NCBI GenBank assembly: GCA_964399865.1
Contig: CAYNRJ010000001.1
Span: forward strand, 266,050 to 330,049
From: an uncultured Candidatus Saccharibacteria bacterium
GTDB lineage: Bacteria > Patescibacteriota > Minisyncoccia > Phycocordibacterales > UBA2100
Direction: 5' to 3'
DNA length: 64,000 nt
Shown piece after piece: positions 20,444 to 28,494 of the stretch. The notes under the pieces were generated by a model, which was given only the letters and a program-made list of their open reading frames with translations, made no database searches and was not told the origin of the DNA. Both the position numbers and the translations under genes were made by a program. The stretch's first letter is position 1; every line of letters starts with the position of its first letter.

Positions 20444-20776
20444 ATGACGTCCCGCCGCGAAGTTCAAGTTGGAGAAACAATCGCCCACCTCGCGGCAGAC
20501 TTTTTCGCACGCGAATCGAATTCTCAGTCACTTATTACGGTTACTCGGGCGGATACCTCAGCTGATTTAAAGAATATCGTAGTGTACTTTACTGTGTTAC
20601 CGGAGAAATTCGAGGAGCCCGTTCTTGCGTTCGCAAAGCGAAATCGTACGGATTTTCGTGAGTACGTAAAAAAGCATAGCGCTCTGCAGCATGTGCCCAC
20701 CTTGGACTTCGAGATCGATTACGGAGAGAAGAATCGCCAACGCATTGACGACCTCACACGAGGCGACAAGAAGTGA
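20444..20776 (+). CDS. rbfA: Ribosome-binding factor A
   Basis: ITVTRADTSADL...VPTLDFEID pattern; directly after infB. Confidence 0.85.
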   Translation: MTSRREVQVGETIAHLAADFFARESNSQSLITVTRADTSADLKNIVVYFTVLPEKFEEPVLAFAKRNRTDFREYVKKHSALQHVPTLDFEIDYGEKNRQRIDDLTRGDKK

Positions 20777-20887
20777 TATATTGAGCCGCACGGCCACTGA
20801 GGCGATGGAGAATGACGCCCACGCGGCCGGCCTGCTCTACAGTTTTCTGGCGTTATGGGTGGGCAGAGTAGTTTGAAGGTATCGAAT

Positions 20888-20960
20888 GGCCACATGGCGA
20901 AGTAGCAACGCGACGGTCTGCAAAACCGTTATTGGGTGGGTGCAACTCCCACTGTGGCCT
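20888..20960 (+). tRNA. tRNA-Cys(GCA)
   Basis: GGCCACA/TGTGGCC acceptor, ACGGT-CTGCAAA-ACCGT anticodon arm, U73 discriminator. Confidence 0.92.
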
Positions 20961-20996
20961 CAAGTCCCTAAGTGCATATCGCCTCTGAGGGACGAC

Positions 20997-21079
20997 GCCG
21001 GGGTGGCGGAATGGTTTACGCGGAAGACTTAAAATCTTTGACCCGAAAGGGTTTGTGGGTTCGAGTCCCACCCCCGGCA
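20997..21079 (+). tRNA. tRNA-Leu(TAA)
   Basis: GCCGGGG/CCCCGGC acceptor, AAGA-CTTAAAA-TCTT anticodon arm, variable arm, GGTTCGAGTCC. Confidence 0.93.
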
Positions 21080-21143
21080 CAAGTCCCACTGAAACAGTGA
21101 GCCACCCTTACTAAATCGTAAAAAATGGGTACAATCCCCTAAA

Positions 21144-21214
21144 CCCCTCATAGCTTAATGGTAAAGCAGTTGCCTCTTAAGCAATTGACCTAGGTTCGAT
21201 TCCTAGTGGGGGGA
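21144..21214 (+). tRNA. tRNA-Lys(CTT)
   Basis: CCCCTCA/TGGGGGG acceptor, TTGC-CTCTTAA-GCAA anticodon arm, GGTTCGATTCC. Confidence 0.9.
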
Positions 21215-21257
21215 CTAGATAAGTTTGCGGTGGCTCAACATAGTGTATTCTTGGGCG

Positions 21258-22739
21258 ATGCGTTTTGTATTACCCATCGTGGTGTTTATCTCGGGCTCCG
21301 TCGTGATGATCCTTGAGCTCGCGGCATCGCGGATCATCGCACCATACCTTGGAACTTCGGTCATCATTTGGACAAGTCTTATAGGCGTTATCCTCGCAGC
21401 CTTATCCTTCGGCTATTTTATGGGAGGTAGGATCGCGGACAAATATCCTTCCCCTGCCACTCTCGCACTTATCCTTGGAGGGGCGGGTGCATCGATCGCA
21501 GTCAGTTCTTATTTTCAATGGATCTTGCAGATATTTGCACTGCTTTCCAACTTACAGATGGCAGCGATGCTCAGTCTATTTTTACTCTTCGGCCCAACAA
21601 CGATCCTTCTGGGGATGATAAGTCCTCTCGCGGTCAAACTCTCTCTTACCGACGTTATGAAAAGCGGTAGGACGGTCGGTAACCTGTATGCCATTTCAAA
21701 CACCGGATCGATCATTGGGACTTTTCTCGGTGGCTTTATCCTTATTTCATTCTTTGGAAGCTCGCGTATTTTGTCTTTACTCTCCTTGACGCTCATTACC
21801 CTATCAGTGATCGTCGTTCTCACCTGGCGTCTCCAACTTAAGCATTCCCTTTATATTATCGGAGCACTTGTGTCGATAGGCGGGTTTTTCGCGCCAAACG
21901 GGCTCGCTTTATCTTACTACGATACACTAGTCGCCGACGTGGATACTCAATACAGTCGTACTTGGATATACGATCGCGAGTGGGAATCCGGTCGAACCGT
22001 CCGGACCATGACGAACGATGTCGGAGGCTCACAATCTGCACAGTATCTTGATAACGCATCGGAACTCGTGTTTGCATACACGCGCATGTATGACGACCTA
22101 TCCTTAGCACTTCATCCTGATGCAAAACATGCACTAATGATCGGTGGATCAGCCTATACATACCCCCGACATTTCGTTGCGAGTTCGCAGGACCGCACGA
22201 TGACGGTAATTGAGATTGATCCGATGATAACTGAACTTGCCCAAAAATATTTCGGTCTTACCGAGGACCCAAATCTAACAATCATTCACGAGGATGGGCG
22301 GATATTCCTCAATAAAAACAATCAAAAATTCGATCTTATTTTTGTCGATGCATTTTCGTCGCAATTATCTATCCCCTTTCATCTGACCACACGAGAGGCC
22401 GTGTCGCGTATCTCGGAAGGCCTAACGGACGAGGGGCTGGTACTAGTTAATATAATCTCTGCGCTTGAGGGATCGCGAAGTGGGTTTCTTTCTGCAGCAT
22501 ATGCGACTTACGCAAGTGCATTTCCCTATGTTTCTCTCTACCGCATACAAGATAGAGGATCCGAGGAAAGGCAGAATATAATACTCGTCGCCTCGAAATC
22601 TCCTCTTATGCATAATAATACCCATCCAGACTCGAGATCCATCTCGACTGCTGAGCTCAAGTTTACTCCTACACCACTCCACGTACTTACCGATGATTTC
22701 GCTCCCGTTGAAAGATATACGGCGTTACTCCAGTTTTAA
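21258..22739 (+). CDS. Fused membrane domain / spermidine-synthase-like methyltransferase
   Basis: N-terminal TM helices (MILELAASRIIAPYLGTS...), SAM motifs LMIGGSAY, IEID, EDGR, DAF, LTDDFAP. Confidence 0.88.
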   Translation: MRFVLPIVVFISGSVVMILELAASRIIAPYLGTSVIIWTSLIGVILAALSFGYFMGGRIADKYPSPATLALILGGAGASIAVSSYFQWILQIFALLSNLQMAAMLSLFLLFGPTTILLGMISPLAVKLSLTDVMKSGRTVGNLYAISNTGSIIGTFLGGFILISFFGSSRILSLLSLTLITLSVIVVLTWRLQLKHSLYIIGALVSIGGFFAPNGLALSYYDTLVADVDTQYSRTWIYDREWESGRTVRTMTNDVGGSQSAQYLDNASELVFAYTRMYDDLSLALHPDAKHALMIGGSAYTYPRHFVASSQDRTMTVIEIDPMITELAQKYFGLTEDPNLTIIHEDGRIFLNKNNQKFDLIFVDAFSSQLSIPFHLTTREAVSRISEGLTDEGLVLVNIISALEGSRSGFLSAAYATYASAFPYVSLYRIQDRGSEERQNIILVASKSPLMHNNTHPDSRSISTAELKFTPTPLHVLTDDFAPVERYTALLQF

Positions 22740-22773
22740 GGAAACGGTATCGCATGTATAGTAGAGAGGCGTT

Positions 22774-22858
22774 GGGCAGATGGCGGAATTGGTATACGCG
22801 CTAGCCTTAGGAGCTAGTCCCGCAAGGGTTGGGAGTTCGAGTCTCCCTCTGCCCACCA
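22774..22858 (+). tRNA. tRNA-Leu(TAG) with encoded CCA
   Basis: GGGCAGA/TCTGCCC acceptor, CTAGC-CTTAGGA-GCTAG anticodon arm, ends ACCA. Confidence 0.93.
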
Positions 22859-23685
22859 TGGAGTTCAAATACTTCTCAAAAGACGGCGCTGTCTTTCCTG
22901 TTTCTGATGCTGTCATTCCAATTTCCAATATCGAGTACTCATATGGATTTGGAGTATACGAAACGATTCGGGTAACAAATGGAGTGCCTTACTTTCTTAA
23001 GGATCATTTGGAGCGCCTCTTGAGTTCGGCGCAGATCATAGATCTTGAGCATCCCTATTCGGAGGATTTCGTGACACGCGCTATTCAGGAACTTATTCAG
23101 AAGAATCAGGTTGATACGTGCAACCTCAAGATTCTACTAATTGGAGGCACGGAAAGAGAGAGGGCGGCGTTATACATTCTATGCCTTAACCCTCTCTTCC
23201 CAGATAAGAAACTGTATCGTGACGGAGCACACTGTATAACCTACGAATATGAACGTATCTTCCCTCACGCGAAAACTCTCAATATGCTGGGAAGTTATAT
23301 CGCGTACCGAAAAGCAAAACGCGAAGGCGCGTACGATGCGATCCTCGTTGATCGAAATGGATGTATTACAGAAGGAACGAGGACAAACTTTTTTTGTATC
23401 CAAGACAAAGTACTGATCTCCCCTCCCTCGCAAAAGATATTGCCAGGAGTTACGCGAAAGGTCCTCGAAAAAGTGGCTTCAGAAAATGGATACACGCTCG
23501 AGGAACGAGATATATCGCTCGCCGATGCACAAAAGTACGACGGTGCGTTCTTGACGAGTACTTCAACAAAAATCTTACCCATTCAAAAAATCGACTCTAT
23601 TACAATTAAGGGACCGAGTTCCCCACTCCAGGAACTTATGCGACAGTTCGATATGTTTGTGGAAAAAAGCGCCGGTATTTTGTAG
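22858..23685 (+). CDS. Aminotransferase class IV (IlvE/D-amino-acid aminotransferase/PabC family)
   Basis: YGFGVYETIR, HLERL, AKT PLP-lysine, EGTRTNFF, ILPGVTR, FLTST. Confidence 0.9.
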   Translation: MEFKYFSKDGAVFPVSDAVIPISNIEYSYGFGVYETIRVTNGVPYFLKDHLERLLSSAQIIDLEHPYSEDFVTRAIQELIQKNQVDTCNLKILLIGGTERERAALYILCLNPLFPDKKLYRDGAHCITYEYERIFPHAKTLNMLGSYIAYRKAKREGAYDAILVDRNGCITEGTRTNFFCIQDKVLISPPSQKILPGVTRKVLEKVASENGYTLEERDISLADAQKYDGAFLTSTSTKILPIQKIDSITIKGPSSPLQELMRQFDMFVEKSAGIL

Positions 23686-23721
23686 CGCTAGTCAGCATAG
23701 TGACGCCTCAACTGAGAGGCT

Positions 23722-24033
23722 TTACTCTCCTAGGAATGGAGCGTCGTTAATACGGCTCATATCTGGCTTATATGTACCGTCTTCACGGAGGCCAAGATCA
23801 AAAGTATTACTTATGAGCATCAGGATTGCCCAGAATGAGACCATCACTAGCATTCCCACAACTCCCCATATCATGTGCTGGATTCCCTCATTTCTACTTG
23901 CCCCCTCATCTAGTTTCCAAAGAAATTGAACTAGCCCCCACATAAACAGGAAAAAGCCTGTCGCAAAGACAAGATACATTGCTGGTGTAATTATAAAATC
24001 GACAAACCTACCCAGAAGTACTGTCGGCTCCAT
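23722..24033 (-). CDS. VirB2/TrbC-like pilin-type protein
   Basis: Two TM helices; FMWGLVQF...MIWGVVGMLVMVSFWAI. Confidence 0.7.
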   Translation of the reverse strand: MEPTVLLGRFVDFIITPAMYLVFATGFFLFMWGLVQFLWKLDEGASRNEGIQHMIWGVVGMLVMVSFWAILMLISNTFDLGLREDGTYKPDMSRINDAPFLGE

Positions 24034-24097
24034 ATTTTATTTCAGATCTTTATCGACTCATCATATCGAAACATGCCGATTTTGAGTATCCTAGGTC

Positions 24098-24511
24098 CTA
24101 ATACTCCGTAGTACAGTCCTCATCAGCGCCACCATCGCAATACTCTACACCTCCTACACCTCCGTAATTCACACTTGGAATCGTGATGGTTGTCTCATCA
24201 ACACCGAAGGTATTTTGGATAAGTTTGACGATTCCCCAAATCGATACCATGACAAAGAGAGCAATAGCGCCCCAAAACATTATCTTCAAACCATCCGACG
24301 AACCTTCGGAGCCTGCTCCCCATAGGTACTTGATGAGACCCCAGAAGAAGACCACTAGGCCGAGCGTGATGAGAAGCGCGATGAGCCCATTTAGAAGACT
24401 GCCTATTGTCCCAAGTATGGTTCCGAACGTACTGTCCCCGTCCGCTGCCAAAGCAGCACTCGGCAACAACAAACAGACGAGAGCGAGTGAGAATAGGGCT
24501 GATGTACGCAT
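24098..24511 (-). CDS. VirB2/TrbC-like pilin-type protein
   Basis: Signal peptide (ALA), FFWGLIKY...MFWGAIALFVMVSIWGIV, acidic two-Cys tail. Confidence 0.72.
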   Translation of the reverse strand: MRTSALFSLALVCLLLPSAALAADGDSTFGTILGTIGSLLNGLIALLITLGLVVFFWGLIKYLWGAGSEGSSDGLKIMFWGAIALFVMVSIWGIVKLIQNTFGVDETTITIPSVNYGGVGGVEYCDGGADEDCTTEY

Positions 24512-24634
24512 ACGGATTTTAAAGTGTAATTAGTTTATCCTGTGTATTAGTAGTATCTCTATGGTATCGGACTCCTTAGAAAATACAACGCCCATAGGCA
24601 ATATCTGTGGACAATGTAGTGCCTGAGACACCTC

Positions 24635-24964
24635 TTAATGCTCTCCTCCTTCTTCCTTCTTTGGGGCTGAGAAGGTCCTCATAACAAAGACGGCGACAGA
24701 GACGAGGATAATAATCGCAAGAATGGCACTCGTTATCTTCGGGTAGCGCTCAAAATACTGCACGATCCCCATAATTACAACGAGGACAAAGAGAATGGCC
24801 ACCGCCCACTCCATTACTTTAATACTTGAATCCCGGTAGCTCGGCCATGTGCCGAGGCGTGGAAAATAACTCGCAAGCCCACCCGCAAACACGAGAATCG
24901 CCACGGTCAGCATGATGCCTGTGAAAAGATTGAAGATTTCAGCGATTTGAACGAAGGTGACCAT
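24635..24964 (-). CDS. Small membrane protein within the pilin array
   Basis: Three hydrophobic segments; co-oriented with the neighbours. Confidence 0.65.
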   Translation of the reverse strand: MVTFVQIAEIFNLFTGIMLTVAILVFAGGLASYFPRLGTWPSYRDSSIKVMEWAVAILFVLVVIMGIVQYFERYPKITSAILAIIILVSVAVFVMRTFSAPKKEEGGEH

Positions 24965-24979
24965 GTTCTTGTGGCTACA

Positions 24980-25297
24980 TTATGACCCAAAAAGAGTGCG
25001 CTGAAGGATCGCTACTATGCCCCAGATCGAAACCATGACAAAAAGTGCGACGATGCCCCAGAGAAAGTACGCTTTTCGTTTATCCGCATCTTCTTGGAGC
25101 TTCCCCATACCTGCAGTCATGCCCCAGAAATACACTACGACACCGAGGGTGAGGAGCAGTGCCGTCGCGACATTCAAAAATCCTACCAGATTCGCAACTA
25201 GCTCTGAGAAATTACGAGGTGCACGTGCCACATCTGCTGCTGCGGCAATTCCAGGCATCGATAGAAAAGCGAGAGCGCAAAGCATGAGGAACTTCAT
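24980..25297 (-). CDS. VirB2/TrbC-like pilin-type protein
   Basis: Signal peptide, YFWG...FLWGIVALFVMVSIWGIV. Confidence 0.72.
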   Translation of the reverse strand: MKFLMLCALAFLSMPGIAAAADVARAPRNFSELVANLVGFLNVATALLLTLGVVVYFWGMTAGMGKLQEDADKRKAYFLWGIVALFVMVSIWGIVAILQRTLFGS

Positions 25298-25387
25298 ACG
25301 AGATACTGTAACACACTACCCCCCGAGTCTTTTTGACGCGGAGGGTAGTGAAGAGTTATAGATATAACGCTATAAGATGAGCTGTTA

Positions 25388-25849
25388 TTAGCAGCCCTCG
25401 ATACCCGGATCAGTTTCGCATTCAGCCGCAGTTGGCCCATCCGCGCCAGCACCTGCAGCAGCTCCAGCACCAGCTCCGCCGGTAACCTGCAAGTTAGCTG
25501 GGTTAACTACGTCTGAACCCCTTACGCTATCGACGTTGAGAGTTTGCTGAAGGAGCTGAACCAAACCCCAGATTGAAACCATGACAAAGAGACCGACTAT
25601 GCCCCATAGCATTATCTGGAGACCACCCTTACTGCCCTCTTCTCCTCCTATCTTAAATAGATACTTTACAAGGCCCCAGAGGAATATAACTACCGCGACC
25701 GTGAGAAGTAGTGGTATTAAAGAATTTACAATGCCGCTCAAACTAGTAACTGTTCCTGCGATACCGTCTTCGGCAAAAGTAATAAGCGGAAATGCTAACA
25801 GTAACGCAGCTAGAATCGCTCCGCTCACCGCTTGTAATTTATTGGTCAT
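25388..25849 (-). CDS. VirB2/TrbC-like pilin-type protein
   Basis: Signal peptide (TFA), FLWGLVKY...MLWGIVGLFVMVSIWGLV, Gly/Ala linker plus two-Cys tail. Confidence 0.72.
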   Translation of the reverse strand: MTNKLQAVSGAILAALLLAFPLITFAEDGIAGTVTSLSGIVNSLIPLLLTVAVVIFLWGLVKYLFKIGGEEGSKGGLQIMLWGIVGLFVMVSIWGLVQLLQQTLNVDSVRGSDVVNPANLQVTGGAGAGAAAGAGADGPTAAECETDPGIEGC

Positions 25850-25993
25850 ACAATCTTATTAATTTCGATTACCTTTAATGCGGCTCATAATAGCACTCAA
25901 TATATTCAGTCTTTTCTCATGTTTACCCCTATGTGGATAAGTAGGCCCAAGAGATCCCTCCAGGGTATAGGAGGCACCCTCAAGCGATTCCGA

Positions 25994-26437
25994 TTATATT
26001 GAGGCTATAAGCCCCTCATTGGGGATATCGAGCCAAACAGTAGGCTCGATGAGTTGGGTGACCGTCCCTCCTATAAGGGTCGCTATTACCCACGCGCCAA
26101 GTATTAATATTGATCCAATTATGACGTATAAGAAGTTACTTTTTGCCTTCTCAAGCTGACTCGAATTTCCACGTGCCGACACGAAGAGGAAGCCCGAATA
26201 TACGATAAAGATTGTGAGGATCGGGAGCGATATCATAACCATCGCCTGGAGAGCTGCTGCGATGAATTCAGGTACAGTACCAAATTTAAGAGGATTTGGT
26301 ATGCCGGCTTTCGCACCATCTGCGGCAAATGCAATTGCCGTGAAGGCAAAGAAAACGAGCGTTGTGAGGAGAAATATGGCGACAGTGCCATGCATCAACC
26401 CCAGAATTCGACGTGTCAGACCCGATGAAATTTTCAT
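25994..26437 (-). CDS. VirB2/TrbC-like pilin-type protein
   Basis: Signal peptide (AFA), IPNPL, IVYSGFLFVSARGNSSQLEKAK...IIGSILILGAW. Confidence 0.72.
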   Translation of the reverse strand: MKISSGLTRRILGLMHGTVAIFLLTTLVFFAFTAIAFAADGAKAGIPNPLKFGTVPEFIAAALQAMVMISLPILTIFIVYSGFLFVSARGNSSQLEKAKSNFLYVIIGSILILGAWVIATLIGGTVTQLIEPTVWLDIPNEGLIASI

Positions 26438-26450
26438 GATATGGGTTCTT

Positions 26451-27740
26451 TTAAAATAGCTCAGCTAATTCCTGATCGGCCCGTAATATGGCCTCGTTTA
26501 AGCGTAGCGCCCCAGACGTTACGTTCTCTATCATAGCTCGAAAGACAGTCCTCGTCCCGTCAGAGTCAGGATCAGCCCACGCGCGCGAGATAATAGCTTG
26601 CCTGCTTACGAGCAATCCATCCCCCGTTTTCCCGCTTAGGACATTTCGTCTCGCGGAGGCCATGCCGAGGTTCGTAGCAAGGGCATCGGACGCATCAGCT
26701 GAGGCGAGACGGGAGGCGACGGTAGCGGCCCCGAGCGGATTTCTCGTTGTGCGCGTCTTCGCTATCCCATATACCTTTGCCACATCCACCTGGCGCTCTG
26801 CGGATCGTATCTGAGGAATTGCAGCGACTCCAAAATTGAGGTTTGGGTTAAGCTGCGCGAGGTCATCTTGCTCGCTCGCATAGCCCACATAGAGGGCAAG
26901 GTCGCCCGAAGCAAATGCGGATTTTGATTCAGGGAGCGCGCGATTCCAAGAATAAATAGACTTGGAAGGATCTGCGAACTCCGCATAAAAACGAATCGCC
27001 GATTCCGCAGCCTGCCTTGCTCCTCCCGACTGCTCAGAAAGCACTGTATTGTACCCTCCCTCGTCCGTACGGATGACGATTGGGTTTCCAGCCTGGAGGA
27101 TAAGGAGGCTCATAATATCTTTTGCATGAGTGACGTTTCGGTACTCACCGAAGGAAACGGTGGACTTGGTTATCTGACCTTCATCGTTTTTCTTAGTTAT
27201 CTTCTGCGATATACCACTGATCTCGTCCCAAAAGCGAGGTGGTGTTGCATAGCCTGCTGTGGAGAAAAGGTCTCGATTCCAGTATAGAACCAGAGGATCT
27301 GCAACAAGCGGCATCGCCATTATGCCGGTTCGTAGGAGAAATGGGTCCGCCGCTTCAATGAATGTATTCCGAAACTGCGTCTCTGTAAGCTGTTCGTATG
27401 TCGTCGGTGATATCTTCCGAGAATCTTGAATCGCATAATCTTGACTCAAAATGAAAAGGTCCGGCGCGCTGCCTGTTGCAAGCGCCTCTGTAAGATCCTC
27501 CATGAAAGTGCTCGCATTTTTCTGCACATACGTGACCTGCTCATATGTCTTATCGAGATCGGACACTTGCTCGAGAACTTCGTTAAATGCAGTTTGATCT
27601 AGTGTGCCCCATATCCTCACCGCTCCGAGTGAAGCAGAAGTATTACCATTGATGACAAGTGCAAAAATAAGCACCCCTGAAATTGCGAGGGCCGCAAAGA
27701 TTCCAAGAAGAACGAGTTGAAATGCTGAAAGTTTAGGCAT
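26451..27740 (-). CDS. Extracellular solute-binding protein (family 1, sugar-type), N-terminally anchored
   Basis: TM anchor, IWG, GSAPDLF, LYWNRDLF, PPRFWDE, FASGDLALY. Confidence 0.85.
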   Translation of the reverse strand: MPKLSAFQLVLLGIFAALAISGVLIFALVINGNTSASLGAVRIWGTLDQTAFNEVLEQVSDLDKTYEQVTYVQKNASTFMEDLTEALATGSAPDLFILSQDYAIQDSRKISPTTYEQLTETQFRNTFIEAADPFLLRTGIMAMPLVADPLVLYWNRDLFSTAGYATPPRFWDEISGISQKITKKNDEGQITKSTVSFGEYRNVTHAKDIMSLLILQAGNPIVIRTDEGGYNTVLSEQSGGARQAAESAIRFYAEFADPSKSIYSWNRALPESKSAFASGDLALYVGYASEQDDLAQLNPNLNFGVAAIPQIRSAERQVDVAKVYGIAKTRTTRNPLGAATVASRLASADASDALATNLGMASARRNVLSGKTGDGLLVSRQAIISRAWADPDSDGTRTVFRAMIENVTSGALRLNEAILRADQELAELF

Positions 27741-27748
27741 GATGGTCT

Positions 27749-28327
27749 TTATTGTGCCATAGATACGGGTCGGAAGATGAGTCCATAGTGGTGAGCACCT
27801 GCAGGAAACTCTTTTTCAAGTACGAATCCTGCTCGTTGGGCAAAATCGATCGCCATTCCCCTCTCAAATACTTCCTCTTCCGCCGGACCCATGCCGTCAA
27901 AGGAGTCTTGCCAGTCGATGATAGAGACACGGCCGCGAGAATTCAGAATGCGACGCGCTTCCGCGAGAACGGCAAGCTTACTTTCAATTTGGAAGAGAAT
28001 ATTTGAAAGAAGAACGAGATCAATCGTGTTATCCGCAATCTTAGACGCACGAGGCATCTCTAAATCCGCCCAAATAACGTCGACCGTGTCGAATCCTCGC
28101 CGCATCGCCTCATTTGCTATGCGTCGTAAAAGATCCTTCTGAATATCGATCGCGTACACACGTCCCTTTCCTTCCAACCTTTCAGCAACAGAGAGCACGT
28201 GAGCACCACTCCCAGAGCCAAAATCGGCAACATGCATTCCCTCTCGGATGCCGAGTGACCATACGTGCCCTTTTGGATGAGCGAATCTACCTAATGAAGT
28301 AAGATCGCGCGTTTGCACTTCTTGCAT
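27749..28327 (-). CDS. Class I SAM-dependent methyltransferase
   Basis: VADFGSGSG, YAIDIQ, LLSNILFQ, IIDW; start after TATAAT. Confidence 0.88.
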   Translation of the reverse strand: MQEVQTRDLTSLGRFAHPKGHVWSLGIREGMHVADFGSGSGAHVLSVAERLEGKGRVYAIDIQKDLLRRIANEAMRRGFDTVDVIWADLEMPRASKIADNTIDLVLLSNILFQIESKLAVLAEARRILNSRGRVSIIDWQDSFDGMGPAEEEVFERGMAIDFAQRAGFVLEKEFPAGAHHYGLIFRPVSMAQ

Positions 28328-28494
28328 TCTTTTTATTATACCGTGCAAACACGCGGTTCTCGGCTATACACCGAACCTTTTGGGGAAAAGTTACTGGCGA
28401 CGTAGAGCGAGCGATAATGAAAATGAGTACATTTTCATTTCCGAGCCGAGGAGTCAGAAAAACTCACGTCTTGACCGCAGGGCAAGCGTGAGTT

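Noticed and set aside
21082-21089. AGTCCCAC repeat just after tRNA-Leu(TAA)
   Set aside because: Only 8 bp, with no core or antisense segment; cannot be distinguished from chance.
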